Positions 10,568 through 23,500 of a stretch of 64,000 nt of DNA are shown piece by piece (within the stretch, counting starts at the first letter, position 1; each line of letters opens with the position of its first letter). Position numbers and translations under genes: made by a program. The notes below the pieces were generated by a model. It searched no databases. It was not told where the DNA came from and saw only the letters and a list, made by a program, of their open reading frames with translations. The DNA comes from Spirochaetia bacterium (GTDB lineage: Bacteria; Spirochaetota; Spirochaetia; DSM-16054; Sediminispirochaetaceae): assembly GCA_034520965.1 (NCBI GenBank), contig JAXHMY010000001.1, positions 384,001 to 448,000 on the forward strand, written 5' to 3'.

Positions 10568-11598
10568 TTATCTAAGATCAGCTTGTACATTTAAGAAACG
10601 CTCAGGGTCTACTACCTGAGCACCAATACGTACCTCAAAATGGAGATGCGGACCGGTAGACATGCCTGTGTTACCCATGGTACCAATTTTTTGTCCCTGT
10701 GTCACGACATCACCCTCTTCAACGTACACGTTATCAAGGTGCGCATACTTGGTGGCAAAACCGTACGCATGACGTATCACTATGTAGTTTCCAAAGCCCA
10801 TTGGCTCATACTTTCTTTCTATAACTTTTCCATTTGCCGCTGCAACGTGATCAAACCTGCCGGTAGGCAGCATATCTAGAACCTCTTGCGGTGCAGATAC
10901 CATTGCTGGGTAAAGGGGTGAACCTCAGGACCAAAATAGTTGGTAATACGCCCGATACCCCCGCTCACCGGCCAGTAGGTGGGCAATTCTACTAATAAGT
11001 CGCCCTGCGACTTGAGTAGATTCTGGACTTTGTCTAAAGATTCGGTAGAGGCCTGCATAAACTCTTTTATATTGCGCAATTCACTTACTTCACGCATAAT
11101 ACCGCTATCCTGCTCTTCTAAATTGATGAACGAGGATAGATCGCCTGCAGCGGCAGTAGTCTCATTCTCATCTTCCGTAAAAACCCCGAAGGAGCCGAGA
11201 GTATTTACAAGAGAGTGCTCGAAGTCGCGAGATACCTGCCGCAATTCGACAATCTCATCGCGCACCATCTCTAGAATTTGCCTCGCGTATTTTGCAAATT
11301 TGACTGATTCCGCACTAACATATTGGAAAGGCCGCTGAAACGAGTAGAAAAGGTAAAAAAAGCAGCCAATAGACCTACAAACAGAATTCCAAAGAATATG
11401 AGTGAGAAAACAGAGACGTGGAAGTTAAATATTTTTCGCTCAGAGTGGGGAATCAGCATTACAGTAAAACGCTGCTTTACCTAGGGAAATGAGTTTTTGT
11501 ATTCCCCCGGCTATTGTCGAGAAAAACCTGGAGAAGATCCGTAGAATAAAATCATAAAGCCTTTTTTCTACTTTTTTGTACTGATTTGCCGGGGACAT
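10568..11598 (-). CDS. Membrane-anchored M23 family metallopeptidase; split by about 3 indels
   Basis: MLIPHS, TM segment and coiled coil; LPTYWPV; TKYAHL; GNTGMSTGPHLHFEVR (HxH motif). Fragments 11271-11459, 10876-11268, 10568-10903. Confidence 0.85.
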
Positions 11599-11640
11599 CC
11601 TTACTCCTCACTGTGCTGTTTACTACAGTAAACCGTTAAA

Positions 11641-11704
11641 AGGTTACCACGCCTAAAAAAAATTGTCAAATACAATTGACCGCTCCTACGTTTCATGCTA
11701 TTGT
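11641..11704. promoter_or_regulatory. Back-to-back divergent sigma70 promoters (M23 operon and tatD operon)
   Basis: Minus strand TTGACA(11664-69)-17-TAACCT(11641-46); plus strand TTGACC(11676-81)-17-TATTGT(11699-704) with extended TG. Confidence 0.65.
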
Positions 11705-11758
11705 GCAGCTATATTAGTAAAAGCCACACAAAAATCTTATTAAAATCGGAAAAGAACT

Positions 11759-12540
11759 ATGCAGTTATTTGATACCCATGCACACATTGGATTAATAAAC
11801 GAAGATCCAATCGAACAGTTGTTAATCGTACAGGAAGCTAAACAGTCGGACGTAAAAAAAGTCATGAGCATATGTAATAGCCTTTACGATTTTTTTCAGG
11901 TCTACCGAAACCACTGAAAACGGCAAAAACGGTGTATACCACAGCATCGGTGTCTCACCATCCGAAGTTATCAATCCCGGAAAAGATTGGGCCCTCCAAA
12001 TTGAGGAAGGCAGCCAGAAAGACCGGGTGGTTGCACTTGGAGAAATCGGATTGGACTACTGTGGAAAATTGGGGCAGGGCAAGACAGTCAAATTGAGCTT
12101 TTTATTCATCAACTTGAGCTGGCCGACCAAATAGAACTGCCGGTCATCATTCACAATCGCGAGGCCGGCGAAGATGTTCTAAATATCCTGAAGGATAAGC
12201 TACCTCCCAGAGGTGGTGTGCTGCACTGCTATTCGGAAGATTGGAAGTACGCCCAGGAAGCCCTCAAGCTGAATCTCTACATCTCCTTTGCAGGTAATGT
12301 AACCTATAGAAATGCACGGAACCTGCACGAGACAGCAAAAAACATGCCCCTTGATCGCATGCTCATCGAAACTGAGAGTCCCTTTATGGTACCGGCTCAA
12401 TACCGCGGCAAACGCAACCGTCCATCTTATCTGGGAGCCACAGCCGAGTTTATCGCTGAACTGCGTGAGGAACCGCTGGAAGAAGTAGCGGAGCACCCTC
12501 TACGACGACGGCCTCTGGCGTTCTTGGCATCTCAGAGTAA
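11759..12540 (+). CDS. tatD: TatD family hydrolase; several indels
   Basis: MQLFDTHAH, ALGEIGLDY, LPVIIHNRE, GGVLHCYS, MLIETESP, RGKRNRP. Confidence 0.88.
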
Positions 12541-12558
12541 GAGCAGGCGCCGCTTTCC

Positions 12559-13678
12559 ATGAAAAATTCCTTATATCACAGTATTCAACTGCCCGGATTA
12601 ACCCTTCCGGGCAATCTCCTCAGCCCCCTGGCCGGTTACACCAGCGTTTGGGAAATAGCTACAAACTACGGGGCAGACTTCTGTTATACCGAAATGGTTT
12701 CGGCCGAAGCGATCGCTCGCGGGAACCAAAAAACACACGACCTCATGGAACGGGGGGACAGTGAAGAGGCGCTGGGCATACAAATATTCCTCTCCCGGCC
12801 CGACCAAGCTGAGCGTGCGCTCCCCGGAATACTCAGTTACTCTCCTAGCCTGATCGACATAAACTGCGGCTGTCCCGTACCAAAAGTAGTGAAAACCGGT
12901 GCCGGCGCCTCCCTTATGCAGCAGCCTGATAGGATATACGCAATTGTTCGTAGTCTCAGTTCTGCCACTGAAATTCCCATCACGGTCAAAATACGCTCCG
13001 GCTGGAATGAGTCATCGATAAACTTTGAAGAAGCGGGCAGAGCTGCTGTAGAAGGCGGGGCTTCGATGCTGGGAATCCATGCCCGCACCCGACTTCAGGG
13101 CTACTCAGGCAGTTCCCGCTGGGAGCATATCGCCAGGTTGGCGGAACTCCTGCCGGTCCCTAGTCGTTGGAGATCGCGAAGCCTCTCAGCCCTCAGTTCA
13201 GCTGTGGACATGCTGCAGCAGACCGGATGTGCCGGAGTTATGTTCGCCGCCGGAGCGATTCGGGAACCCCACGGTTTCCCAGACAGACCCGCAATCCTGC
13301 TTTCAGGGGTGCAGCCAAATGGCCTTGCACGCACGGATGGTGCCGCTCGGGCTGATGCAGGCGGAGCGGACCCAGATGGAGGCGCGGGATGCGCAGCCTG
13401 TGCAGGCCGCCTAACTATCGGCTATTACCACTTGCTAGCAGGGAACTTCACTACCGGGGGGAATGAGCACTACGGCGCCTGCGCCGGAAATGAAGAAAGA
13501 TTTAAGCGCGTATACCAAGGGATTCCCGGACAGCTCTAATTTGCGCAATAAACTGATGCGCTGCACCTCTCAGGACTGCTATCGAAAGGTCCTTCAGGAC
13601 TACTTGCAGCATTATTTTTCAGTTGATCTTCAAGAAAAACTCGAGCCCCCTAGCCAGGCTAATGAGCCGCGGTCTTGA
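12559..13678 (+). CDS. tRNA-dihydrouridine synthase (DusB-like); low-quality, frameshifted 3' half
   Basis: YTEMVS, IDINCGCPVPKV, GAGASLM, PITVKIRSGW, GIHART. Confidence 0.85.
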
Positions 13679-13741
13679 GAAGATCTATTTAAAATGTAAG
13701 AATGGGTATCATCAGCGAATTCACCGACTGTGGAGGTTCAC

Positions 13742-15014
13742 GTGAAAGTTCTTATACTCGGGTCCGGCGCTAAAGCACATGCCTTGGCATGGGCTCTGGA
13801 AAAAAGCCACTTAATAACAGGACTGTATGTAGCACCAGGTAATTCCGGTACCGCCGAGACGAAAATATAGCACTCAACGACCCAAATAATCCTGCAGAGG
13901 TCACCGAACTGTGTACCTCATGGTCAATCGACTACTGTCTTGTAGCCACCGCAGCGGCACAACACAACGGCATGGTTGAAGCTTTAGAGAGGGCCGGGGT
14001 GAGGGCTTTTGGGGCCACGAAGGCTGCGGCGCAGCTGGAACAGGATAGGCATTACGCTCGCGAATTTATGCAACGCCACGGGGTTCCAACCACCGATGGC
14101 AGAAGAGTTTTCTGAGTTTGAAAGTTTCAAACAGTATATAGAGGCCCACCCGGGGGAGCACCTCGTACTAAAACGAAATCATCCAGTTTCAAATATGAAT
14201 GTATTCGATTCCGCGGATAGCAGCAAACTAACCGCCTTTGGAAAGCAAATTTTAGAAGAAGATACCCTTCTGGTAGAGAAATTCGAAACCGGCTATAACC
14301 TGTCCATATCGGCCTTTATTGATGGCAAGAGCCATTTGATTCTTCCCCCGGCTTCCGATTACACCAAAGCCATGGATAACGACACCGGTGCCATTACAAA
14401 CGGAATGGGGGCCATTTGTCCGGTCCCCGTCCTCTCGTCCCGTATACACTTGAGTTTGCTCACAGAAATAATTGAGCCAACCTTAAAGGGTTTGCAAGAT
14501 GAGCAGCTAAGCTACAAAGGGGTTTTCTTTTTCAGCTTGCTGATTCAGAATGATGGAGCAAAACTTACCTCGTATCATGTTAGGATTCCGGTAACCCTGA
14601 GGCGCCAGGTCGTCGCTGCCGCTCGTGGGGTCGGACTTTTGCTGAGCCTGCTGCGCGGCTATCGATAAGCCAAACCTCGATGAGTTCGATTCTTGAGCTT
14701 TCAACACGGGGATGCCGCGGTCGGGGTAGCTACTGCCAAGGAGAAGGCTTACTTCACGGAGCGGCGGGCGCGCCTGGCAGGCAGTTAGGTTCGATTCGGC
14801 CTTCCCCGAGCGGGAAGCACTCGTTTTCCACGGAGCTACCCACAAAAACGGAGATGGACACATTTACACCAACGGGGGACGCTGTTTTACGGTGGTAGGA
14901 CTCGGAGAAAATATTGTAAAAGCGAACACCCATGCTTACAAGGGTATCAAGAGAGTTTCCTTCCCGGGAGCATGGAACCGGAAAGATATTGGTACCAGGT
15001 TTTTCGAAGAGTAA
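13742..15014 (+). CDS. purD: Phosphoribosylamine-glycine ligase-like protein, divergent, several indels
   Basis: MKVLILGSGAKAHALAW, APGNSG, DYTKAMDNDTGAITNGMGA, EIIEPTLKGL, C-terminal RKDIG; GGAGG RBS before GTG. Confidence 0.72.
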
Positions 15015-15043
15015 GTCCTTTCATCCCCTGAATGAGGGCTGCT

Positions 15044-15778
15044 CTAGGGCTGCCGTCGCAGCTCATACAGCATAATCCCAGCTGCCACCGACACATTAAG
15101 TGAATCAACTCGTCCACTGGTCGGTATAGTTACCACGTAATCACACTCTTCAAGAATCAATCTACTCAAGCCCTTGCCTTCAGCCCCCAGCACCACCACT
15201 GCACGCTCGTCAAACTCGACATTTTGCAATTTTGTCCCTTTGATATCGGCACCATATACCCAGAAACCGGCCTCTTTTAGTTCGCTAATACTTCTACGTA
15301 GGTTTTTAACTACCACCACAGGAATATACGCACTTGCCCCCGCAGAAGTCTTGTTCACCGTACTGCTCAGCTTAGCACTTCTGCGCTCGGGTAACACGAC
15401 CAGATCAACACCAAACTGATCAGCACTGCGAAGAATTGCCCCTAGGTTTTGAGGATCAGTGATCTCGTCCAGCACGAGAACCACCGAGTTCTTCAGCTCC
15501 ATTGATTCAACTGACTCAATAAAGGCTTTCACGTCTTTATACTTTGTTTTTACCGACTTCTGCAGATACACGGCCCCACGGTGTTCCTGCCCCTCCCCCG
15601 CCAGCTTATTGAGGGCTTCATCAGACTCTCGTTTTACCGCAACCCGTTTTTCTTCGGCCAGTTTTACCAGAGAGTCTATTCGGGGCCGATTTTACGACTG
15701 CGCATACAGGGTCCCCTTTCCCTTCCCTGTTTTTAGGGCCTCTTCAATTGCATGAAAGCCACTAATTCCTGTCTGCAT
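15044..15778 (-). CDS. rlmB: 23S rRNA Gm2251 2'-O-methyltransferase (SPOUT family); 5' indel
   Basis: GFHAIEEAL, LDEITDPQNLGAILRSA, VLGAEGKG, VDSLNVSVAAG. Confidence 0.9.
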
Positions 15779-16253
15779 TAATTTTTCTCTCCGTCATCGT
15801 TTTCTTCGATATCATAATTTTTTACGCGGTCCATAGTACCATCAAAATTGGTATCTTCCTCATACACGGCAATATATACCCCCTCTTCGAGGTAGACCCA
15901 AATATCTATATATCCATCGGCGTTTGAATCTATTGCTCTCTGAAATGAGTGCTCCATCTGATCATACATGTCAAAGTCGTCCATTTAGCACGCGTCATGG
16001 TCAAAATCAAGCACCCTCCATCATTTTTTTTCCATCGTTCTCCGGTCTTAATCGAGGTCAGTGGATTTTTCTTCACGTTCTGATTCGAATCAAGTTCAAT
16101 GGCGGGTTCAGCATCTTCAAGGTCATAAAATTCTTCCATCCGCGCATCAACACTCAGATCTCGAGTCTTATCTTCCTCGGCCCCAAGCGGCGCACCCAAT
16201 ACTATTAACAGAATTAAGATACCCGCAAGTATCACCAATTTTCTATTTAGCAC
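15778..16253 (-). CDS. Exported acidic protein with DxNxDG-type motifs; frameshifted
   Basis: Signal-like N-terminus; IDSNADGYID, EDTNFDGTMD; ORFs 15930-16253 and 15778-15984 overlap. Confidence 0.6.
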
Positions 16254-16356
16254 TCATCACTCCTGTTAAATGCTCACTCACCTGGTTCTAGGGTGGCAGG
16301 ATTTCCACTTTCTACTTATCGGTCGGCACCCTTTATAACATTTAGAAATCCATAAC

Positions 16357-16388
16357 AAAAAACGCCGACCACCAAAGGCAATCGACGC
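16357..16388 (-). terminator. Probable terminator after dnaJ
   Basis: gcgtcgattgcc-ttt-ggtggtcggcgt stem with G-U pairs, then a T run. Confidence 0.55.
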
Positions 16389-16417
16389 TCATTGAACCGG
16401 TTAGATTCATTTTACCT

Positions 16418-17563
16418 TCACGTACTAAGTTCTGCCAGAGGTACCGGATCTGGAGATTTGTTTTCTCCCTCCAGCTCAGAAAGCTCTTTCAGAAGCTCCT
16501 TGCCCCGGGCAGAGAGCTTCTTCGGTACCTCAACCCGGATCTTTATGTAAAGGTCACCCCTGCGGTTGCTATTATGCAGGTGGGGTACCCCTTCGTTTTT
16601 CAGTCGCAAAACCTTTCCATTCTGGGTGGACGACGGCACCTTCACCCTCACCTTCTTTCCCTCAAGAGTAGGAACCATAATTTCGGCTCCAAGGGCAGCT
16701 TGTGTAAAGGTAATTGGAATTACACAATAAATATCGTTCCCGTGCCGTTCAAAATAGTCATGGGGCTGCACACGAACATATACATACAGATCTCCAGAGG
16801 GTCCCCCGCTCGGGCCGGCATCTCCCTGACCGGGTATATTGATGCGCTTTCCACTTTCAATTCCCGGTGGAATCGTAACCTTCAGTTTCTGCGGCTTTGA
16901 GATAACCCCGTTTCCTTTACACATGTCACAGGGGTTTTCAATTATATACCCCTCTCCGCTACAAGTTGGACATGGCGAGGCAATAGAGAAAAAACCGGAA
17001 CTCCGACGAACCTGGCCGCTGCCCCCACAAGTGGGGCAGACTTTACGTCCGCTGCCGGTCTCAGCTCCATTTCCACCGCATCCCGGACAGGTCACATGAC
17101 GTTCATAGGAAATTTCTACTTTAGTTCCAAAAACGGCATCTTTGAAAGGTATTTCTAAATTATAGCGAAGATCAGCACCGCGCTGAGCCGATGTCCGCGA
17201 AGAGCCGCGACGTCCGCCGCCGCCTCCACCGCCAAAAAAAGAGCCGAAGATGTCGCCAAAATCACCAAATATATCTTCAAAATCTCGGAAGCCGGAGGAG
17301 AAGTCCTGGGAACCTCCTCCGCCGCCACCGCCCATGCCTTCGACACCGGCAAAACCAAATTGATCATAGGCTTGCCGTTTTTTATCGTCACTGAGCACTT
17401 CATATGCCTCGGAGGCTTCCTTGAACAACTCTTCAGCCTTGGAATCCTCCGGGTTACGGTCTGGATGATATTTGACTGCAAGCTTTCGGTATGCTTTTTT
17501 TATGTCGTCCTTGGAGGCTCCTTTCGGAACCCCCAGAACTTCGTAGTAGTCTCGTTTAGCCAC
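16418..17563 (-). CDS. dnaJ: Chaperone DnaJ
   Basis: J domain with HPD, G/F-rich linker, four CxxCxGxG repeats. Confidence 0.98.
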   Translation of the reverse strand: MAKRDYYEVLGVPKGASKDDIKKAYRKLAVKYHPDRNPEDSKAEELFKEASEAYEVLSDDKKRQAYDQFGFAGVEGMGGGGGGGSQDFSSGFRDFEDIFGDFGDIFGSFFGGGGGGGRRGSSRTSAQRGADLRYNLEIPFKDAVFGTKVEISYERHVTCPGCGGNGAETGSGRKVCPTCGGSGQVRRSSGFFSIASPCPTCSGEGYIIENPCDMCKGNGVISKPQKLKVTIPPGIESGKRINIPGQGDAGPSGGPSGDLYVYVRVQPHDYFERHGNDIYCVIPITFTQAALGAEIMVPTLEGKKVRVKVPSSTQNGKVLRLKNEGVPHLHNSNRRGDLYIKIRVEVPKKLSARGKELLKELSELEGENKSPDPVPLAELST

Positions 17564-17578
17564 AGTTTAACTCACCCT

Positions 17579-19540
17579 TTAGCTTTTCGATTCGTCTTCG
17601 TCATCAACAACTTCGTAGTCTACATCCTCAACGTTTTCGCCACTGCCGCTCTCGGATCCACCGGATTGTTCACCACCTTCGGTAGCCCCGGCACCTGCGC
17701 CGCCGGCTGCTCCAGCTGCTCCTTCCTGCTCTTGTCCGCCGGTTTGCTTATACATTTCTTCAGCCAGCTTGTAGGAAGCCTGTTTGAGTGCCTCCATTTT
17801 TGAGCGCATCTCTTCAAGATTATCGGCCTCCATAGCTTTCTTTAACTCGTCTTTGGCTGCCTCGATTTTCTGTTTTTCTTCATCGCCTATCTTATCCCCA
17901 TAGTCACTGAGTGATTTATCGGTTGAGTAGATCAGGCTGTCGGCTTCGTTGCGAACTTCGATTTTTTCGCGGGCCGTTTTATCTTCTTCCGCATGCTCTT
18001 CGGCCTCTTTAACCATCTTGTTGATTTCATCTTCCGAAAGCCCGGAGGAAGACTCGATACGAATCTTCTGCTCTTTGCCGGTACCAAGGTCTTTTGCCGA
18101 AACGTGCACAATTCCGTTGGCATCAATATCGAAGGTTACCTCAATCTGCGGGACCCCCCGTGGAGCAGGCGGAATACCTACCAAATCAAATCGACCGAGG
18201 GTTCGGTTCTGATTCGCCATCTCGCGTTCACCCTGCAGCACATGGATTGAAACAGCATTTTGGTTATCCGCAGCAGTAGAGAATATTTGACTCTTCCGTG
18301 TCGGAATAGTAGTATTTCTCTCGATCAATTTAGTGAACACACCACCCAAGGTTTCGATTCCAAGAGACAGGGGAGTAACGTCCAACAGCAGTACATCTTT
18401 GACATCACCGCCAAGGATACCGCCCTGAATTGCAGCTCCCATAGCAACAACTTCATCCGGGTTTACACCCTTGTGAGGCTCCTTCCCGAATATCTCTTTG
18501 ACTGAGTTCTGAACCGCAGGAATACGGGTGCTTCCGCCTACCAGTATAATCTCATCTACCTGGTCGGCTGTAACGCCTGCATCTTTCAGCGCATTCTCAC
18601 AGGGACCCTTAGTGCGATCAATCAGATCGCTGATCATCTGCTCAAACTTCGCACGGGTCAAGCTGTACTGCAGGTGCTTTGGCCCGGTATTGTCGGCCGT
18701 AATGAAGGGCAAATTAATTTCTGTTGTCTGTGTACTGGACAGCTCAATTTTGGCTTTTTCCGAAGCCTCTTTCAGCCGCTGCAAGGCCATCCTGTCCTGA
18801 GACAAGTCAATTCCATGATCATTCTTAAAACTCTGCACCAGCCAATCAATAACCCGCTGGTCGATATTGTCACCACCTAAGTGTGTATCACCATGGGTTG
18901 ATTTTACTTCAAAGACCCCGTCACCAAGCTCAAGGATCGATATATCGAAAGTACCGCCGCCAAAATCATAAACGGCAATTCGTTCCTCTTTGTTTTCTTT
19001 TCCAAGTCCGTATGCCAGCGATGCTGCGGTGGGCTCATTCACAATACGTTTTACATCCAAACCTGCAATTCGACCGGCATCCTTAGTAGACTGCCGTTGA
19101 CTGTCGTTAAAGTAGGCTGGAACGGTAATGACCGCTTCCTTTACCTCTTCGCCAAGGTAATCTTCAGCAGTTTTTTTCATTTTCTGAAGAACCATGGCAG
19201 ACACCTCTTGCGGTGTGTACTCTTTATCATGAGCCTTTACCCGTACTTCACCGCTGGAGGCCTCGCTCGTATGGTACGATACCATCTGTATTTCCGAGGG
19301 CACCTCCGAAAACTGGCGTCCCATGAATCTCTTTATCGAGTATATGGTATTCTCAGGGTTTGTTACTATCTGATTTTTTGCCGGCTGTCCGACCAGTCGT
19401 TCACCCTTATTTGTGAAACCTACAATCGAAGGAGTGGTCCGCTGGCCTTCGGCATTCTGTATGACCACCGACTCGTTTCCTTCCATTACAGCTACACATG
19501 AGTTTGTAGTTCCAAGATCAATTCCAATAATCCGTCCCAT
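17579..19540 (-). CDS. dnaK: Chaperone DnaK
   Basis: [38 protein letters not shown]. Confidence 0.99.
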   Translation of the reverse strand: MGRIIGIDLGTTNSCVAVMEGNESVVIQNAEGQRTTPSIVGFTNKGERLVGQPAKNQIVTNPENTIYSIKRFMGRQFSEVPSEIQMVSYHTSEASSGEVRVKAHDKEYTPQEVSAMVLQKMKKTAEDYLGEEVKEAVITVPAYFNDSQRQSTKDAGRIAGLDVKRIVNEPTAASLAYGLGKENKEERIAVYDFGGGTFDISILELGDGVFEVKSTHGDTHLGGDNIDQRVIDWLVQSFKNDHGIDLSQDRMALQRLKEASEKAKIELSSTQTTEINLPFITADNTGPKHLQYSLTRAKFEQMISDLIDRTKGPCENALKDAGVTADQVDEIILVGGSTRIPAVQNSVKEIFGKEPHKGVNPDEVVAMGAAIQGGILGGDVKDVLLLDVTPLSLGIETLGGVFTKLIERNTTIPTRKSQIFSTAADNQNAVSIHVLQGEREMANQNRTLGRFDLVGIPPAPRGVPQIEVTFDIDANGIVHVSAKDLGTGKEQKIRIESSSGLSEDEINKMVKEAEEHAEEDKTAREKIEVRNEADSLIYSTDKSLSDYGDKIGDEEKQKIEAAKDELKKAMEADNLEEMRSKMEALKQASYKLAEEMYKQTGGQEQEGAAGAAGGAGAGATEGGEQSGGSESGSGENVEDVDYEVVDDEDESKS

Positions 19541-19613
19541 TATTGATTCTCCTCTTTATTATTTTCTATTTAATTCAATATTTACAATGGCAAACGCCAT
19601 TTTATTCACATCC

Positions 19614-20372
19614 CTAGTCAGCCTGGCGGTTCTCTTCATCCTGCTGAGGCTCTGCAATCTCCGCATCTTTTTCATCGCCTGACTGTCTGTTATCTGTTTG
19701 TTCCGGTGCCGGTATAGCAACCTTCACCTTTGCATGCCGAAGAACACGGTCGTTTAGCAGATAACCTTTTTGGTAATCTTCAACAACGGTCTGTACGCCA
19801 ACTTCCGGCGACTCTTCCATATTGATCGCTTCGTGCTGCTGCGGATCGAACTCTTTCCCTTCACTCTCCATACGGGTCAGTCCGTATTTCCGTTCCAGCA
19901 TGTTTACAAACTGATGCTCGATCATTTTGATACCGGAATGAAAGCTCTCAAAATCGCGAGACTCCTCAGATGAACGTATTGCCCGTTCAAAATCATCAAT
20001 GATGGTCACTAAATCCTGCAAAAGGTTTGAGTTAGCATATTTTATTGATTCTTGTTTCTCCCGCTGCATCCGCTTACGGAAATTCTCAAAATCCGCCTGC
20101 TTTCGCAGATACTGATTTTTTAATTCACTATTTTCAGCTTTCAGGGCATCAATCTGCGCATTTAGATCGTCAATTTGTTCCGCTTGCTGCTCCGCTTGTT
20201 CGATAGCCTCTTCACTGCTTTGTTTTGCGTCGCCCTTTTCTTCAGTCGACAACGACGCTGATTCCGGCTGCTTATCGTTATTTACTTTTACTTCTTTTTC
20301 GGTTTTTTTCACCCTTGAATCCCTCTCATTCTGTGTAGTATGTCTGTGTTGTATCGAGCTACTAACGGACAC
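19614..20372 (-). CDS. grpE: Nucleotide exchange factor GrpE (start uncertain)
   Basis: ADFENFRKR, FDPQQHEA, QKGYLLNDRVLRHAKVKV. Confidence 0.95.
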   Translation of the reverse strand: MSVSSSIQHRHTTQNERDSRVKKTEKEVKVNNDKQPESASLSTEEKGDAKQSSEEAIEQAEQQAEQIDDLNAQIDALKAENSELKNQYLRKQADFENFRKRMQREKQESIKYANSNLLQDLVTIIDDFERAIRSSEESRDFESFHSGIKMIEHQFVNMLERKYGLTRMESEGKEFDPQQHEAINMEESPEVGVQTVVEDYQKGYLLNDRVLRHAKVKVAIPAPEQTDNRQSGDEKDAEIAEPQQDEENRQAD

Positions 20373-20448
20373 ATCACCCTCGATAGAATCGTTTTATAAT
20401 ATCCGATTACATCGATACTTAGATATGTGTTTTTGTCTGTTCTGTTTT

Positions 20449-20477
20449 AAGATACTAATCCGATATGACAGCGTCAA
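20449..20477 (-). promoter_or_regulatory. Putative sigma70 promoter of grpE-dnaK-dnaJ
   Basis: TTGACG-17 nt-TATCTT. Confidence 0.5.
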
Positions 20478-20507
20478 GTTTTTTTAATTTTCAGCATTAT
20501 TTCAGCA

Positions 20508-23500
20508 CTATTTCCGAGGTATAATCTCCAGAATAAGCTCAACTTCGCCCTTGGATAGCTTGGTAGCCCGCACTATTTCATCAATGCTCCACCCCTGGTG
20601 TGCCAAACGGGTCACTACGTCACGAGCGCCCATGGAGGGGGCTCCTTCCTGCCGCTTGGCATCCTGCCCTCCCTCTTTCAGAAGGGTTCCAAGCAGTTTT
20701 ACCTGCTCCTTGGCCTGAGAGTTTATCTCTTCTAAGCGGGTTTCCGTCTTTGCAAGCCATTCACGGGCCTTTTGCATGCGTTCTGTCCGCTCTTCAGCAT
20801 CCCTAAGTATGGCATCCATCTGCTCCATTTGTTCAAGAGCCTGATCAACCTTCTCTTTATTATTTGCCAGCTGCACTATTCGCTGCCCTACATCCTGCAG
20901 CTGCTGAGGCATCTCTGCTGTCCTGCTTTCAAGGGAGTCGATATTTTTATCCAGATCTTCTATCTTTTGAAAGTTTTTATCCACCTGCTGAATTGTACTG
21001 TCGATAACCTTCTGACGATTTTCGAGCCGCTCATACTTCTGTTCGACGCTCTGCTCCAGCTCTTCAAGGCTGCGGATAGTGGCCTGAATGTTCTGCAGTG
21101 TGTCATGGCTGTCGGTTACTTTTTCCAGCTTCATATCTATGGTTTGCGAGATATTTATGAGTTTCTTAAAATCCCCTTCCATCTCTTCTATACGCTGTTT
21201 TTCATTGATAAAGCGGTTCATTTTGTTGCCGACTTCTTCACCCATTTTTTTGATCGACATAAATTTCTTTTCTGTCTCACGAATCTCTCCGCTCAGCCCC
21301 TGGACGCGGGTTATCTCGCCCTTCAGATCCTCAATGTTCTCCTGAAGTGTATCTTTCAGCGAGTCTGCGCGATCAAAAATCTTGGTCTGGGCGGTAAAAT
21401 TTTTCTGTCGTTTATCGATCTCCTGCAGGTTCACCTGCAGATTGGTGTAGCCCTCTTCAATCTTGCCGAACAGTTTTTTCTGCATCTGCTCGGTTTTCTC
21501 TTTGGTATCTTGAGATATAGAGCGAAAATCTTTGATCTTTTTGTCCATATCAAGTTGAAATTCACGGTTTTTCTTTTGAATCTCCAACATAAAGTTCTCA
21601 TATTCACGATTAAAACTGTCAAAAGCGGCATCCGTCTTCCGCTGCAACTCGCCTTCCAGCTCAAGAACACGGTCGGAGATCTCTTTGAGCTCATTCTTCA
21701 AACGTGTCCGCTCGTCCTGCGACTGTAGAATAAGTTCGTCCCGTTGACTCTCAAATTCACCCTTAAGTACCGATACTGTATCGTCTATTTCTTTCCGAAT
21801 ATTTTCGTACCGTGTACGTATATCTTCGTCAGCCGATTGTATCTGCTGCTCAATCTGTGTGCGCCATACATTCAGCTCTGATTCGGTCGATTCAACAGTG
21901 GAGTCGATAGCGGTGCGGCGTTCATTGACCCCGGTTTCCAATTCGCTGAGGGCATTTTCCAGCTCGCGTTCGCTTCGCTTAAGCTGTGCTTCCTTCGCAG
22001 ACTGATAGTCGGTAAACTCTTTTTGAAAAGCAGCCTGGCTCTGCTGCTTGGCTGTCTCTATTTCACCCTTTAAATCTCCCTCCAGCCCCTCAAGCTGCTG
22101 TGAGGTGTGGTCCATTCTCTCCTGGATTCTATCCTGAAAGCTCTGTACTTGATTTTCGAACTTTTCCTGTTGGGTATAGACGCGGTTTTGCAACTCTGAT
22201 AATCGGTCTCGGAGGGTGTCACTATATTCCTCTTCTACCCGCTGACGCTGGTTATCCTGTTCTCCAGTTATTTCAGAGAGGCGGTTCTCTATTTGCAGTT
22301 TCCATTCTTCGAAACGCTCATCAAGTTTTTCTGAACGTCCCTCCAAATCCTTATAAAAAGCACTTTCAAACTCTTCAAGGCGGGTTGAAACATTCTTAGC
22401 GGCCTCATCCTTCAGCTCCGACAGCTGGTTTTCTACTTCCGCCAGAGCATCATGAACTGCCTGTATATCCGTCTGTGCCTTCAGACGCTGCTCTTCCCGT
22501 TCCTGTTCTAACTGTTTTTCAAATTCCTGGAATTCTCCGCGTATACGGGTAGTAACTCGATCCATCGCCTGTCGAAGGTTCTTATCCAGGGAATCAATAT
22601 CCTGGGTCGCCTCTTCCATCTTCGCAAAGCGATAGTTCATTTGCTCTTCGTAGTCGCGTATCTTATTATCCATTGCATCAAGCTTCTGACGTACATGACT
22701 GTCAGTGCTGTCTGTCTCAGAGTTCAGATCCGCATATTTTCGGTTCAACGATTCTGAGAGTTCCTGAAATTGCTGCTCAAACTGTGAATACTGCTGGGTA
22801 TATTTCTGATGCAGTGATTCGGCCCTCTGCTGGAAGTTCTGCTCGGTCTCCTCGACTGTACTATTGATATGCTCTTTTAGTTTTGAGAAGGCCTCATGTT
22901 CAAGTGCAACCCCCCGTTCTGCCGCCTGCTGCAGAGAGTTTTGGTATTTCTGCTCTATTCCGCTGACCCGCTCGTGGAAAGCGGAAATTTTCTCCTGAAT
23001 TGTCTGTTCTACATCCTCTACATTCCCATTAAGAGTACGCAGTTCATGCTCTATTTGTTCCAGCATTTCGTCGCCCTGGGCTTTAATGGAATCCTTTGTC
23101 TCCGACAGCTGTTGTGCCAGTTGTTCCTGGAGCCTTTCACCGGACTGTTCAGCTTGGTACACCTTTTCATCCAATTCATTTTGGATTTGTTCGAAGGCCT
23201 CTCGTGCAAACTGTTCACGGCGGGTGTCGAGCTCATCCATATGCCCATTCAACTCCGATAGTCGTTCTTCATCAGACTGGATTTTTTCATCAAGATTTTC
23301 AGCCAACTGCTTTGAATAAGCAAAGGCTTTCTGTGCACTCTGTTTCAGAGTCTTTTGGTTCAAGCTGTTGAACTCTTCTGTGATAGCCGGCAATCGTTTT
23401 TCTAAATGCTGTATCCGCTCCTGGGTTCCGCTCAGCTGCCGACCCACTTTATCTACAAACTCTGATTCATTATGCAGGCGCTGGAGGTTTTCATCGACCT

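Noticed and set aside
13260..13490. GC-rich apparent insertion in the dus gene
   Set aside because: No repeats, termini or intein/intron hallmarks; it lies in the lowest-quality stretch and is probably garbled consensus.
10568..16253. Cluster of pseudogenes
   Set aside because: Motifs are mostly recoverable across frames and essential genes elsewhere show the same kind of defect, so sequencing error is the simpler explanation.
16247..16273. TTAGCACTC as a possible CIRCE element near dnaJ
   Set aside because: Only one half-site matches and it lies downstream of the operon. No CIRCE is seen upstream of grpE and no hrcA is in the window.
16316..16345. Sigma28-like promoter before the DxNxDG protein gene
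   Set aside because: The -10 box is ACCGATAA and its spacing to TAAA is 17 nt; too weak to call.
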